64,000 bases of DNA, taken from the NCBI GenBank assembly GCA_963745025.1, contig CAVUWD010000016.1:576001-640000 (forward strand), given 5' to 3'. The position numbers and the translations under genes are program-made. Origin of the DNA: an uncultured delta proteobacterium (GTDB taxonomy: Bacteria > Desulfobacterota > Binatia > JACPRU01). Shown in pieces: positions 23,373 to 33,384 of the stretch. Position 1 is the stretch's first letter. Each line of letters starts with the position of its first letter. A model generated the notes under the pieces. That model was not told the origin of the DNA. It did no database searches and saw only the letters and a list, made by a program, of their open reading frames with translations.

Positions 23373-23446
23373 CCGGCTACCGGCTGCCGGCTACCGCAAG
23401 AGACTTCTCGATTTTCGTTGCCGGTAGCCGGAGGCCGATAGCCGGT
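23373..23446. repeat. REP-like heptamer hairpin
   Basis: GCTACCG units, GCAAGAGAC, then TTGCCGGTAGCCGG. Confidence 0.75.
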
Positions 23447-23470
23447 GAAGCCGTAGAAGTTGCGCCGCAG

Positions 23471-23505
23471 ATCGCTCCCGTTGGTCGCGAACCGTCTCCG
23501 ACCGA
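23471..23505 (+). repeat. Direct repeat B, copy 2
   Basis: 33/35 identical to 21895-21929. Confidence 0.85.
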
Positions 23506-23523
23506 ACATCCTGCCAAGCGAGC

Positions 23524-24339
23524 CTACTTCTTCCGAAACGAGCTGTCTCGCTCGTCGAGCGCCTGCTTGAGGCCTCGCTCGCGCATCTTCCGCATCTCGG
23601 CCTTGGCGGTCGCGGTCTGATGGGCAATCGCATCGAACTCGGAGGCCGACTGCTCGGCGGCATACACCCCCATGAGCTCGAAAAAGCGGTTCGTGGCCGC
23701 CTTGTGGAGCGTCAGCATGTCCACGGGCACCATGGCGACCCGGCGCGCGTAGGCGAGTGTCTCCTCGTCGAGCCGCTCACGCGGATAGACGCGGTTCACC
23801 AGGCCGTACTCGAGCGCCTGTGCGGCGGTCATCGAGTCGCCGGTGAATAGGAATTCCTTGGTGCGGCGCATGCCGATTAGGTAGGGCCACATCGAGAGCG
23901 TCGGAATCACGCCGAGCGTCCGACCGGCCGGATGTCCGAACTCGGCGTCCTCGGCGGCGAAGACGATGTCACAATGGCCGGCGAGCTCGGTCGCCCCAGC
24001 CAGGCAGTAGCCATGCACCTGCGCGATCGTCGGCTTCGGCAGGTTCCACAAGCGCTGCCAGCGCTCGACGAGCGTTCGCATCGCCCAGCGGTCTTCGGTG
24101 ATCGTGAACCGCCCGCCGCCCTCCCCGCTCGGCGTAAGATCGTATCCCGCCGAGAACGCGCGGCCGGCACCCCGGAGGACGAGCACGCTCGCGTCGGGAT
24201 CGCGCTCGAACGCGGTGAGGGCTGCGTCGAGCTCGCCGAGGAGCCGTGGGCTCATCGCATTGAGCTTCTCGGGACGGTTCAGCGTAATGCGAATGATCCT
24301 CTCTTCGAGCTGCTCGTAGACGATCGTGTCGTACGACAT
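23524..24339 (-). CDS. Enoyl-CoA hydratase/isomerase family
   Basis: ITLNRPEKLNA, AFSAGYDL, KPTIAQVHGYCLAGA. Confidence 0.92.
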   Translation of the reverse strand: MSYDTIVYEQLEERIIRITLNRPEKLNAMSPRLLGELDAALTAFERDPDASVLVLRGAGRAFSAGYDLTPSGEGGGRFTITEDRWAMRTLVERWQRLWNLPKPTIAQVHGYCLAGATELAGHCDIVFAAEDAEFGHPAGRTLGVIPTLSMWPYLIGMRRTKEFLFTGDSMTAAQALEYGLVNRVYPRERLDEETLAYARRVAMVPVDMLTLHKAATNRFFELMGVYAAEQSASEFDAIAHQTATAKAEMRKMRERGLKQALDERDSSFRKK

Positions 24340-24457
24340 GCCGTGTCAGTCCTCCGCGGCATCCCTCTTAGCCGTCGTGCGGCTAGGATTCCACGCCCGA
24401 CTCACCCGCTACTGCCCTTTCCCGCGCCTCGTGCCGGGACTAGAATCGTGGTCCGTC

Positions 24458-26032
24458 GTGAGCCTCCTGCCGATTCTCCTCGCCGCTTCGATGCTCGACC
24501 CGGCTGGCGCCAGTGCGCGCGAGGAGGCTTCGGGACCCGCGACGGGGGAGCCGGTGAGCGAGCTCCGCCAGCTCACCAGCGACCCCGGCATCGACGCCAT
24601 GCCATCCTGGGCTCCCGATGGCCGGCGGATCGTCTTTCATGCCCGCCGTCCTCCCGAAAAAGCGAGCGTGCTGCCCACACGAAAGATCTGGATCATGGAC
24701 CGCGCTGGCAAAAACGCCCGCAAGCTTTCGGAAGGCGCTGCGGACGAGTATCATCCGGTGTTCTCGCCCGACGGCACGAAGATCGCGTTTGTCTCGGAGG
24801 CAAACGGCTCGCGCGACATCTGGATCATGGATGCAGACGGCAAGAATCCTCTCCCGCTCACCGACGATCCCGGGCTCGAAGAGCACCCCTCTTGGTCTCC
24901 GGACGGCCGGCAGATCGCCTACGTGGCGCTCCCCAAGGACGGCGGAAACTTCGATGTCTGGATCATGAACGCGGACGGCAGCGGTAAGCGGAAGCTCACG
25001 TTCAGTGCCGCCAACGAGGTGTTCCCCGCGTGGCACCCGCAGGGCCACACGATCGCCTTCGCCACCGACCTGAACGGCAACTTCGACATTTACGGCATTT
25101 CGCTTCCCGAAGAGAAGACCTTTCCGATCGTCACCGGACCGGCGAACGAAACGCGTCCTGCCTGGTCGCCCGACGGGACGAAGATCGCGTTCACGCGCTG
25201 GCCCGCCGAGGGGCGCAGCACCGACGCTACGCTGTGGGTGGCCAACGCCGACGGCAGCGTTCCCACGGAGCTCGCGATCGCGCCGCCGGCGGTGCATCCC
25301 GCGTGGTCGCCCGATGGCATGACGCTCGCGTTCCAGCGCTCGGCCGACGGCAACTGGAACATCTGGAGCGCACGGCTCTCGAGCGCGTTGGTCAAGGAAG
25401 GGCGCTTGCGCTTGGCGCGCCAGGGGCGCGGCGGCGGCGAGGACGTCGTCAAGATTCGGAGCGCACGCACGCTCTCCGGCTCGATCTCGACGCCCAAGTT
25501 CCGGTTACGTGCTCCCTACGGGCTGGTCGAGCTGCCACGTCGGGCGCTCGCCTCCATCCAGTTCGCCAACATCGAGAAGGGCACCGCGACGTTGGTTCTC
25601 ACCAACGGGGACAGCCTGAGCGGGCTCTTGCTCGACGACGAGATCGAGCTCACCACCCCCCATGGGAAGGAAACCCTCCGCAAGGAGAAGCTCGAGGCGA
25701 TCGGCTTCCGCGTCGAGGCTGGAGAAGCCGCTGCACGCTCCGGCTCGGCGCGCCTGTCGATGCGTAACGGGGATTCCTTCACCGCCGACCTCCGTACCTC
25801 CTCGCTTCGCCTGCAGGTCGGTAGCCAGACACTGGACCTGCCGCTCACCGACGTCGCTCGTGTGGATTTCGGCGAAGAAGGAAAGAAGACTTCGGTGCTG
25901 ACCCGTAAGGGCGACACGCTCGCCGGCACTCTAGAAACGCCGCTCCTCGAGGTGAGCCTGCCGGCGGGCGCCTATCTTGGCCTCTATCCCGCGTACATCC
26001 GAACCCTCACACTGACGGAGGTTTCGCCATGA
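24458..26032 (+). CDS. Secreted TolB-like PD40 beta-propeller protein with repeated C-terminal beta modules
   Basis: Signal-like N-terminus and six P.(W/F)SPDG-type repeats; C-terminal NGD.L.G-like repeats. Confidence 0.8.
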   Translation: MSLLPILLAASMLDPAGASAREEASGPATGEPVSELRQLTSDPGIDAMPSWAPDGRRIVFHARRPPEKASVLPTRKIWIMDRAGKNARKLSEGAADEYHPVFSPDGTKIAFVSEANGSRDIWIMDADGKNPLPLTDDPGLEEHPSWSPDGRQIAYVALPKDGGNFDVWIMNADGSGKRKLTFSAANEVFPAWHPQGHTIAFATDLNGNFDIYGISLPEEKTFPIVTGPANETRPAWSPDGTKIAFTRWPAEGRSTDATLWVANADGSVPTELAIAPPAVHPAWSPDGMTLAFQRSADGNWNIWSARLSSALVKEGRLRLARQGRGGGEDVVKIRSARTLSGSISTPKFRLRAPYGLVELPRRALASIQFANIEKGTATLVLTNGDSLSGLLLDDEIELTTPHGKETLRKEKLEAIGFRVEAGEAAARSGSARLSMRNGDSFTADLRTSSLRLQVGSQTLDLPLTDVARVDFGEEGKKTSVLTRKGDTLAGTLETPLLEVSLPAGAYLGLYPAYIRTLTLTEVSP

Positions 26033-26838
26033 AGCGTATCGCCACCATTACGCTCGCGCTCTTCGCGACCGGCTGTTTTCGGACCACCGGCCTGAATCGC
26101 TTCCAGCCCGACATGTACTCGGTCGACCAAGAGGTCGGCATGGGTCACGAGATGTCGAAGGAGGTGGAGAAGGAGACGACGCTCGTCCGCCATCACGCGC
26201 TCACGCAGGTGGTCCAGGGAATCGGCCAGCGACTGCTCGAGCACTCGAACCGGCCCGAGTTCCGGCTCTATCCCTACACGTTCAAGGTCGTCGACAGCGA
26301 CGAGGTCAACGCGTTTTCGCTCCCGGGAGGGCCGATCTACGTGAACATGGGGCTCGTCGAGCTCGCCGAGAACGAAGACGAGCTGGCGGCGGTGATCGCG
26401 CACGAGATGGGGCACGTGGCCGCGCGCCACGCGACCGAGCAGATGACCACGCTTCAGCTGTCGCAGCTCGCGATGTTCGTCACGCTGTCGGTAGTCCCCG
26501 CACTGCCGCCGGTCGCGATGGAAGGAACGCGGCTCGGCTACATCCTCGGCGTCCTGCGCTACAACCGCAGCATGGAGGGCGAGGCCGACGAACTCGGCCT
26601 CGAGCTCATGGAATCGGCCGGATTCGATCCCCGGGGGATGACGACGATGCTGAGGCACCTCGAGGAGGAGCGGCGCGAAGAGCCGGTCATGCTCGAGCGT
26701 CTGATGTCGAGCCACCCGCTTCCCGACGACCGCATTCAAGCCGTGGAGACCGTGCTGGCGAAGGAACCCGAAGATCGGAGGTCACGGGGCTCATCGGCGA
26801 GCTTCGAGCGAATCAAGGTCCTTTTCGTCAAGGACTGA
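26029..26838 (+). CDS. M48 family Zn-metalloprotease lipoprotein (BepA/LoiP-like)
   Basis: Lipobox ATGC, VNAFSLPGG, HEMGH, EADELG, SSHP. Confidence 0.9.
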   Translation: MKRIATITLALFATGCFRTTGLNRFQPDMYSVDQEVGMGHEMSKEVEKETTLVRHHALTQVVQGIGQRLLEHSNRPEFRLYPYTFKVVDSDEVNAFSLPGGPIYVNMGLVELAENEDELAAVIAHEMGHVAARHATEQMTTLQLSQLAMFVTLSVVPALPPVAMEGTRLGYILGVLRYNRSMEGEADELGLELMESAGFDPRGMTTMLRHLEEERREEPVMLERLMSSHPLPDDRIQAVETVLAKEPEDRRSRGSSASFERIKVLFVKD

Positions 26839-26844
26839 GCCCTC

Positions 26845-27408
26845 TTGGTCTACATCGTCCTGTTCCTTCTCCTCGCCTCCTCCTGCAGGCCGTCGGTGGG
26901 CCCCGAGCGGCCCGAGGTTTCCCACCGTCAACAGAAGCTGGTTCGCGCCAGCTTCGGGGAGGTGTGGCGTGCCACGCACGGCGCCATCGAGGATACGCAC
27001 CTGCGCGTCACCGAGAACGACGAAGCCGGAGGAACGATCCACCTCTCGGTGCGAAAGACGGCGAGGAGCCGGCCCGAGGAGCTCGAGCGGGAGCTCGCGC
27101 GGATCGCGGAGATCGACAAGGCGCGCCAGCAGGGTCTCCAGCAGCTGAGCGAGTACCTGCTCGACTACACCGTCGCCGTCGCGCGACTCGGCGAGCAGGA
27201 GACGCGGCTCGAAGTCTCCACGCGGATCACCGCGGTCGATCGCAGTGAGGTCATGATGATCGTTCCCGGCATTGCGCAGGTCATCCCTCGGACTTTCGAA
27301 GTGCCCTCGAAGGGGATCCTGGAGCGCAACCTCGTCGCGCAGATCGCCGAGCGCTTGTTCCTGAGCGAGGAGATGCTCTATTCCCTCGGCGTGCTCGGCC
27401 GGGAATAG
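26845..27408 (+). CDS. Hypothetical lipoprotein
   Basis: Lipobox LASSC; operonic position; genome-typical codon usage. Confidence 0.65.
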   Translation: MVYIVLFLLLASSCRPSVGPERPEVSHRQQKLVRASFGEVWRATHGAIEDTHLRVTENDEAGGTIHLSVRKTARSRPEELERELARIAEIDKARQQGLQQLSEYLLDYTVAVARLGEQETRLEVSTRITAVDRSEVMMIVPGIAQVIPRTFEVPSKGILERNLVAQIAERLFLSEEMLYSLGVLGRE

Positions 27409-27502
27409 AGGTCGTCGTCAGTCCGTTCGTGGCGAATTCCGTTGGAGCCAATCGGTCGGTCCCACGTTGCATCGCGCCTCTCGATCGTGCATCCACCGAT
27501 GC

Positions 27503-28183
27503 ATGCCCCGTGCCCGGACGAGCGTGCTCGGCGTGGCGATCCTTCTCGTGATGTGCGCCGTCGGATCCGCGCAGTACGGGGTCTCGCCGTATCACACGGG
27601 ACAGCCCGACCTTCGCAGTCCCTACGCAAAGTCGCGTGACGGCTCGACGGTCGAGCAGTACGCGCGGCTTCTCGACTCGCCGGAAGCGAAGCAACGCCTG
27701 TTGGCGGTCGAAGACCTCGGTCAATCGGAGGACCCGCACGCCGTCAACTACCTGCTGAAGGCGATCGACGACGTCGATCTTCGCGTACAGGCGCGCGCCA
27801 TCGATTATCTCGGCACCCGGCGCTCCGCCGACGCCACTCCGCTGCTCGCGCAGAAGCTGTTCTTCACGGGCGCCCCCGGAGCGCTCCGCCAGCGCATCCT
27901 CTCCGCGCTCGGCAAGATCGGCGATCCGAGCGCCAGCCGGGCGATCCTCGATTTCATCGCGCAGGAGCGCAATCCGGACGTGCGCGGCACCGGCTTCTAC
28001 ACGCTCGGCGAGATCGGCGACGTGACGATCCGCGACGATCTGCGGAAGCTCGGGGAGCAGGAGAGCGACCCCCGTCTGAAGCAGCTCGTCGACGAGGCGC
28101 TCGTCAAGATGACCACGATGCGGCGGCCGAAGAAGCAGGACTTCGTACCGCCTTCAGCGGGCGTGGTGCCGCCACTGAGATGA
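27503..28183 (+). CDS. Exported HEAT-repeat protein
   Basis: Hydrophobic N-terminus; repeated R..A...LG.IGD motifs. Confidence 0.8.
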   Translation: MPRARTSVLGVAILLVMCAVGSAQYGVSPYHTGQPDLRSPYAKSRDGSTVEQYARLLDSPEAKQRLLAVEDLGQSEDPHAVNYLLKAIDDVDLRVQARAIDYLGTRRSADATPLLAQKLFFTGAPGALRQRILSALGKIGDPSASRAILDFIAQERNPDVRGTGFYTLGEIGDVTIRDDLRKLGEQESDPRLKQLVDEALVKMTTMRRPKKQDFVPPSAGVVPPLR

Positions 28184-28190
28184 AGGCCTT

Positions 28191-28257
28191 CCGGCTACTG
28201 GCTACCGGCAAAGACTTCACTGCGGCCCTCTTGCGGTAGCCGGTAGTCGGTAGCCGG
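28191..28257. repeat. REP-like heptamer hairpin between convergent genes
   Basis: CCGGCTACTGGCTACCGGCAAAGAC...TTGCGGTAGCCGGTAGTCGGTAGCCGG. Confidence 0.75.
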
Positions 28258-28291
28258 TTCTATCCTCTACGCCGCTCGAGCGCGGCGTGCT

Positions 28292-29473
28292 TCACGTGAC
28301 CTCCTTCAAGAGCTCCTCGGCGATGATCATCTTGCGCACTTCGGTGGTGCCGGCACCGATCTCCAAGAGCTTGATCGTGCGGTAGAGACGGTTGATCTCG
28401 GATTCCCAAATGTAGCCCATTCCCCCGTGAATTTGCACTGCATGGTCGAGCACCGCATTCAAGGAATCGGCCGTGTACATCACCGTCGCGGCGGTCAGCT
28501 TATGGATCGCGCCGCGCCCGCCGCCGCCGGGCTCGAGGTCGTTGCAGGCGGCCAAGCATCGGTGGTTCAGCGTACGCATCGCTTCGAGCCGCGTGTACAT
28601 GTCGGCGAGGCGCGACTGCACCATCTGGAAGCTGCCGATCGGTTTGCCGAATTGCTCGCGGGTCTTGGCGTGCTCCACGGCGAGCGCGAGTGCTCGCTCG
28701 GCGATTCCCACGGCGAGGGGCGCGACCAACGCCCGCTCGAGGTCGAGACCGCTCATCACCACGCGCTTCCCTTCGTTCTCCTCGCCGACGAGGCATTCCG
28801 CCGGAACCCGGCAGTCGTCGAAGACGAGCTCCGCGGTCTGGCTGCCGCGAAATCCCATCTTCTCGAGCTTCTGCGCCACGTTGAATCCCGGCGTGTCGGT
28901 CTCGACCAGGAACGCCGAGATCCCGTGCGCGCCGCGCGCGGGATCGGTTTTGGCATAGACCAGCGCCACGTCCGCTACCGGACCGTTGGTGATGTAGAGC
29001 TTGCGCCCGTTCAGAACGTAGTGGTCTCCCTCGCGCCGCGCCGTCATGCGCATCGAGCCGAGCGCGTCGGAGCCCGCGCCCGGCTCGGTGAGCGCCAAAC
29101 AGCCGATGCGCGAGCCGTCGCAGAGCCCGGGTACCCATCGGCGCCGCTGCTCGTCACTGCCGTTGCGGAGGAGGTTGTTCAAGCAGAGGTTTTCGTGGGC
29201 CACCCAGGAGAGCGCGAGCGCCGGGTTCCAGCGCGCGAATGCCTCGGCGACGAGCCCGCTGGCGAAGAGGTCCAGGCCCGCCCCGCCGAGGTCCGCCGGC
29301 GCGGTGATCCCGAGATATCCGTTCCGCCCGAGAGCTCGGAACTCCTCGTCTGGCCACCACTCCTCTTCGTCCATCCGCGCCGCGAGCGGATAGAGGCGGT
29401 CGCGTCCGTAGCGATCCGCGGCATCGAGGATTCCCTGCCGTTCGCCGTCGAGCTCGAAGCAAATCTGGTTCAC
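28292..29473 (-). CDS. Acyl-CoA dehydrogenase (isovaleryl-CoA dehydrogenase-like)
   Basis: ALTEPGAGSD, YITNG, KMGFRGS, QIHGGMGY, EIGAGTTE. Confidence 0.92.
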   Translation of the reverse strand: MNQICFELDGERQGILDAADRYGRDRLYPLAARMDEEEWWPDEEFRALGRNGYLGITAPADLGGAGLDLFASGLVAEAFARWNPALALSWVAHENLCLNNLLRNGSDEQRRRWVPGLCDGSRIGCLALTEPGAGSDALGSMRMTARREGDHYVLNGRKLYITNGPVADVALVYAKTDPARGAHGISAFLVETDTPGFNVAQKLEKMGFRGSQTAELVFDDCRVPAECLVGEENEGKRVVMSGLDLERALVAPLAVGIAERALALAVEHAKTREQFGKPIGSFQMVQSRLADMYTRLEAMRTLNHRCLAACNDLEPGGGGRGAIHKLTAATVMYTADSLNAVLDHAVQIHGGMGYIWESEINRLYRTIKLLEIGAGTTEVRKMIIAEELLKEVT

Positions 29474-29614
29474 TTGAACCCCCGTCGACGAGCCGTCGAG
29501 GTGCGAGAGCTTGCCTGATCGCACTTCGAAAGGCTACATCGGCCGACGACGCAACGCGAAGCAACGGGAGCGATCTGTGACGGACAGCTCTCGGCTCTGC
29601 GCGCCGCAATCCGC

Positions 29615-31077
29615 ATGAAGAAGCTCCTGATCGCCAACCGGGGTGAGATCGCGGTGCGGATCATCCGCACGCTGCGCGCACTCGGTGTATCGAGCGTCGT
29701 CGTCCACCACGCAGCGGACGCCGAAAGCCTTGCCGTGCGCGAGGCCGACGAGGCCGTCGAGATTGCCGCGACGACGCCGGTCGCCGCCTACCTCGACATC
29801 GAGGCGATCGTCGCCGCCGCCCGAGCGACCGGCGCCGAAGCGATCCATCCCGGATACGGGTTTCTCGCCGAAAATGCCGATTTCGCCGCCGCGGTCGAGG
29901 GCGCAGGGCTTCGTTTCGTCGGTCCGCCCGCCGACGTCGTCCGCCTGCTTGGCGACAAGATCCGCGCGCGCGAGCTCGTCGCGCGCGCGGGATTTCCGGT
30001 CACCCCGTCGGCGGCCGAAGGTCTCGACTCCGGCAAATTTCTCGCCGAGGCCCGCGCCGCTCGGCTTTCCGCTGCTGATCAAGGCGGCCGCCGGCGGCGG
30101 CGGCCGCGGCATGCGCATCGTGCGCGCCTCCGAGGGCCTCGAAGGGGAGATCGAATCGGCGCGCCGGGAAGCCGAGCGCAGCTTCAAGGACGGGCGTGTA
30201 TACGCCGAGCGCTACGTCGAGCGGCCCCGGCACATCGAGGTGCAGATCCTCTCCGATCGACACGGCACGCACCTTCATCTCGGCGAGCGGGAATGCTCCG
30301 TACAGCGCCGCTTCCAGAAGCTGATCGAGGAGACACCCTCGGCGGCGTTGAATCCCGAGCAGCGTCGCCGCCTCTGCGAGAGCGCGGTCGGCATCGCCCG
30401 CACCGTCGGCTACCGAAACGCGGGGACCGTCGAGTTCCTCCTCGCGCCGTCCGGCGAGTTCTATTTCCTCGAGGTCAACACCCGCCTGCAGGTCGAGCAT
30501 CCGGTGACCGAGATGGTCACGGGTTTGGACCTCGTGGCGGAACAGCTGCGAGTCGCCGCGGGCGAGCGGATCTCCTTCCGCCAGGAGGACGTCCGCTCGC
30601 ACGGCCACGCAATCGAGTGCCGAATCTGCGCCGAGGATCCCGCCCGCGGCCACACGCCGACGGCCGGGGAGGTGGCGCTGCTTCGCGCCCCCACCGGCCC
30701 CGGCGTCCGGTTCGACAGCGGCCTCTGCGAGGGGCAGGCGATCACCACCGCCTTCGACTCGATGCTCGCCAAGGTGATCGTCCACGGCTCCGATCGCGCC
30801 CAGGCGATCGCCCGCATGCGACAAGGCGCTGCGCGATCTCGTGCTGCTCGGAGTCGTGCACAACGCGGCCTACCTCGAGCGGGTGCTCGCGCACCCCGCG
30901 TTCGCACGGGGCGAGCTTCACACCCATTTTCTCGAGCAGCACCACCCCGATCTCCTGCCTCCTCCGCCTGCCGGCGCCGAGCTGGCGGCGCTGCTCGCGG
31001 GGGCCACGCTCGTCGACAAGGGCGCCGGCGGCGAGATCCCCGAGCTCTACGCGGCGATCGGCGAGTGGAGAAACTGA
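29615..31077 (+). CDS. Biotin carboxylase subunit of acyl-CoA carboxylase (frameshifted)
   Basis: LIANRGEIA, HPGYGFLAEN, ERECSVQRR, FLEVNTRLQVEH. Confidence 0.9.
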
Positions 31078-31078
31078 C

Positions 31079-31579
31079 GTGAAGCGCATCTTCCGGATCG
31101 GCGAAGACCGTCACGAGCTCCTCGTGCTGCCTCACCGAGGCGGGAAGAGGCTCAGGATCGAGGGTAACGAGCACCTGGCGCGCTTGGCGTCGCTCGGAGC
31201 GTGCGAGTACCGGGTAGAGCTCGATGGAGTCGCCCATCGCGCTTGGATCGTCGTGCGCGGCGACGCGATCCACGTTCATCTCGGTGGCCGCTCGTGGACG
31301 CTCGAGACGATCGATGAGCTCGCCGAGACCTCCGCCCATGGCGGCGGCGCGAGCGACACCGCGGAAGCCCCGATGCCCGGCACGGTGGTCCGTGTCCAGG
31401 TCGGCGTCGGAGACGCGGTGAAGCGCGGCCAGACGCTCGTCGTGATCGAGAGCATGAAAATGGAGACCGCGATCGTCGCCTGGCGCGACGGCATCGTGGC
31501 CGCCGTTCACCGGCCGCTCGGCGCGACCTTCGACCGAAAGGCCCCGCTGGTCTCCCTGGAGCCCGAACCCGCCGCCTAA
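31079..31579 (+). CDS. Biotin carboxyl carrier subunit
   Basis: APMPG and ESMKME biotinyl motif. Confidence 0.88.
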   Translation: MKRIFRIGEDRHELLVLPHRGGKRLRIEGNEHLARLASLGACEYRVELDGVAHRAWIVVRGDAIHVHLGGRSWTLETIDELAETSAHGGGASDTAEAPMPGTVVRVQVGVGDAVKRGQTLVVIESMKMETAIVAWRDGIVAAVHRPLGATFDRKAPLVSLEPEPAA

Positions 31580-31603
31580 GCCGAGCGAAGACCCGAGGCA
31601 ATC

Positions 31604-33217
31604 ATGCGCCGCATCCAATCGAACGTCGACGTCCGCTCCGACACGTTCCGCGCCAACCGCGATCAGAACCGGGCGCTCATCGCCACGCTTCGTCGCCGGC
31701 AGGAGGAGGTCCGCGCCCGCCGCCCGGAGCGCGACCTCGAGCGCCTCGCCCGCCAGGGAAAGCTCTTCGTCCGCGATCGGCTCGCGTTGCTGCTCGATCC
31801 CGGCACGCCGTTCCTCGAGCTCTCGACGCTCGCCGCCAACATGGCCTACGACGGCGAGGTGCCGGGCGCCGGGCAAGTGACGGGCATCGGCATCGTCAGC
31901 GGGCGCGAGGTGATCATGCATGCCGACGACGCTTCGGTGAAGGGCGGCGCGTGGTATCCGCTGTCGGTCAAGAAGATCGTGCGCACGCTCGACATCGCCA
32001 TCGAGAACCGGCTGCCGGTCGTCCACATCTGCGACAGCGCCGGCGGCTTCCTGCCGCTGCAGGCCGAGCTCTTCGCCGACCGCTACTACGCCGGCCGCAT
32101 CTTCCGCAACCAGTGCACGCTCTCGAAGATGGGCGTGCCGCAGGTCGCGATCGTCGCTCGGCCATTGCACGGCCGGCGGCGCCTACATCCCGGCGCTCAG
32201 CGACTACTCGTGATCGTGCGCGGCACCGGCGCCATCTTCCTCGGCGGGCCGCCGCTGGTGAAGGCCGCGACCGGCGAGGTGGTCACGGCCGACGAGCTCG
32301 GCGGCGCCGACGTGCACACGCAGCGTGAGCGGCACGGCGGACTACCCAGCCGCGTCCGAGCAGGAGGCGATCGCCATCGCGCGCGACATCGTCGCCCAGC
32401 TCGCGCGCGCCGCAGAAGGCCGCGATCGACCGCGACGAGCCGGAGCCGCCGCAGCTACGACCCGGAGGAGCTCTACGGGATCATTCCGCGGCGACATGAA
32501 GATCCAGTTCGACATGCGCGAGGTCATCGCCCGCCTCGTCGACGGCAGCCGCTTCCACGAGTACCAGCCGGCCTACGGCACCACGCTGGTCTGCGGCTTC
32601 GCGCGCCTCTGGGGCTACAAGGTCGGCATCCTCGCCAACAACGGCGTGCTCTTCAACGACAGCTCGCTCAAGGGCGCGCACTTCATGGAGCTCTGCGAAC
32701 CAGAACCGCACGCCGCTGCTGTTCCTGCAGAACATCACCGGCTACATGGTCGGCCGCGAGTACGAAGCGCGCGGCATCACCAAGGACGGCGCCAAGATGA
32801 TCATGGCGGTGACGGGCTCGGTGGTGCCGAAGTTCACGGTGATCGTCAACGGCTCGTTCGGCGCCGGCAACTACGGCATGTGCGGGCGCGCCTTCGACGC
32901 GCGCTTCCTCTTCATGTGGCCGCAAGCGCCAGATTTCGGTGATGGGCGGCGAGCAGGCCGCGAACGTGCTCGCCGAGATCAAGATCAAGCAGCTCGAGCG
33001 CGAGGGCCGGAAGCTCTCCGCCGCCGAGATCGCTGCGATCCGCGAGCCGATCCTCGAGGAGTACACGCCGAGCTCGAGCGCCTACTACAGCACGTCGGAG
33101 CTCTGGGACGACGGCCTGCTCGATCCGCTGGACACGCGCAACGCGCTCGGGATCGCTATCTCGTGCGCGCTGAACACACCGATCGGAGAGCCTGGGTACG
33201 GGGTGTTTCGATTCTAG
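31604..33217 (+). CDS. Carboxyltransferase subunit (MccB/LiuB-like, frameshifted)
   Basis: [49 protein letters not shown]. Confidence 0.9.
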
Positions 33218-33384
33218 GAGGGATGCAGGTCTATCGGTTTGTCTCCTTTCGGGGCAGTCGCGATCGTCTTCGAGCGACGCAGCTGCTGAACAAGCCGACT
33301 AAGGAACCACTGGCGCCAATCTTTGGTCAGCCCGGACGGCGCACCGATTGACCAGGACCGCGGAGTCGGCCATTGATGCCGGTC

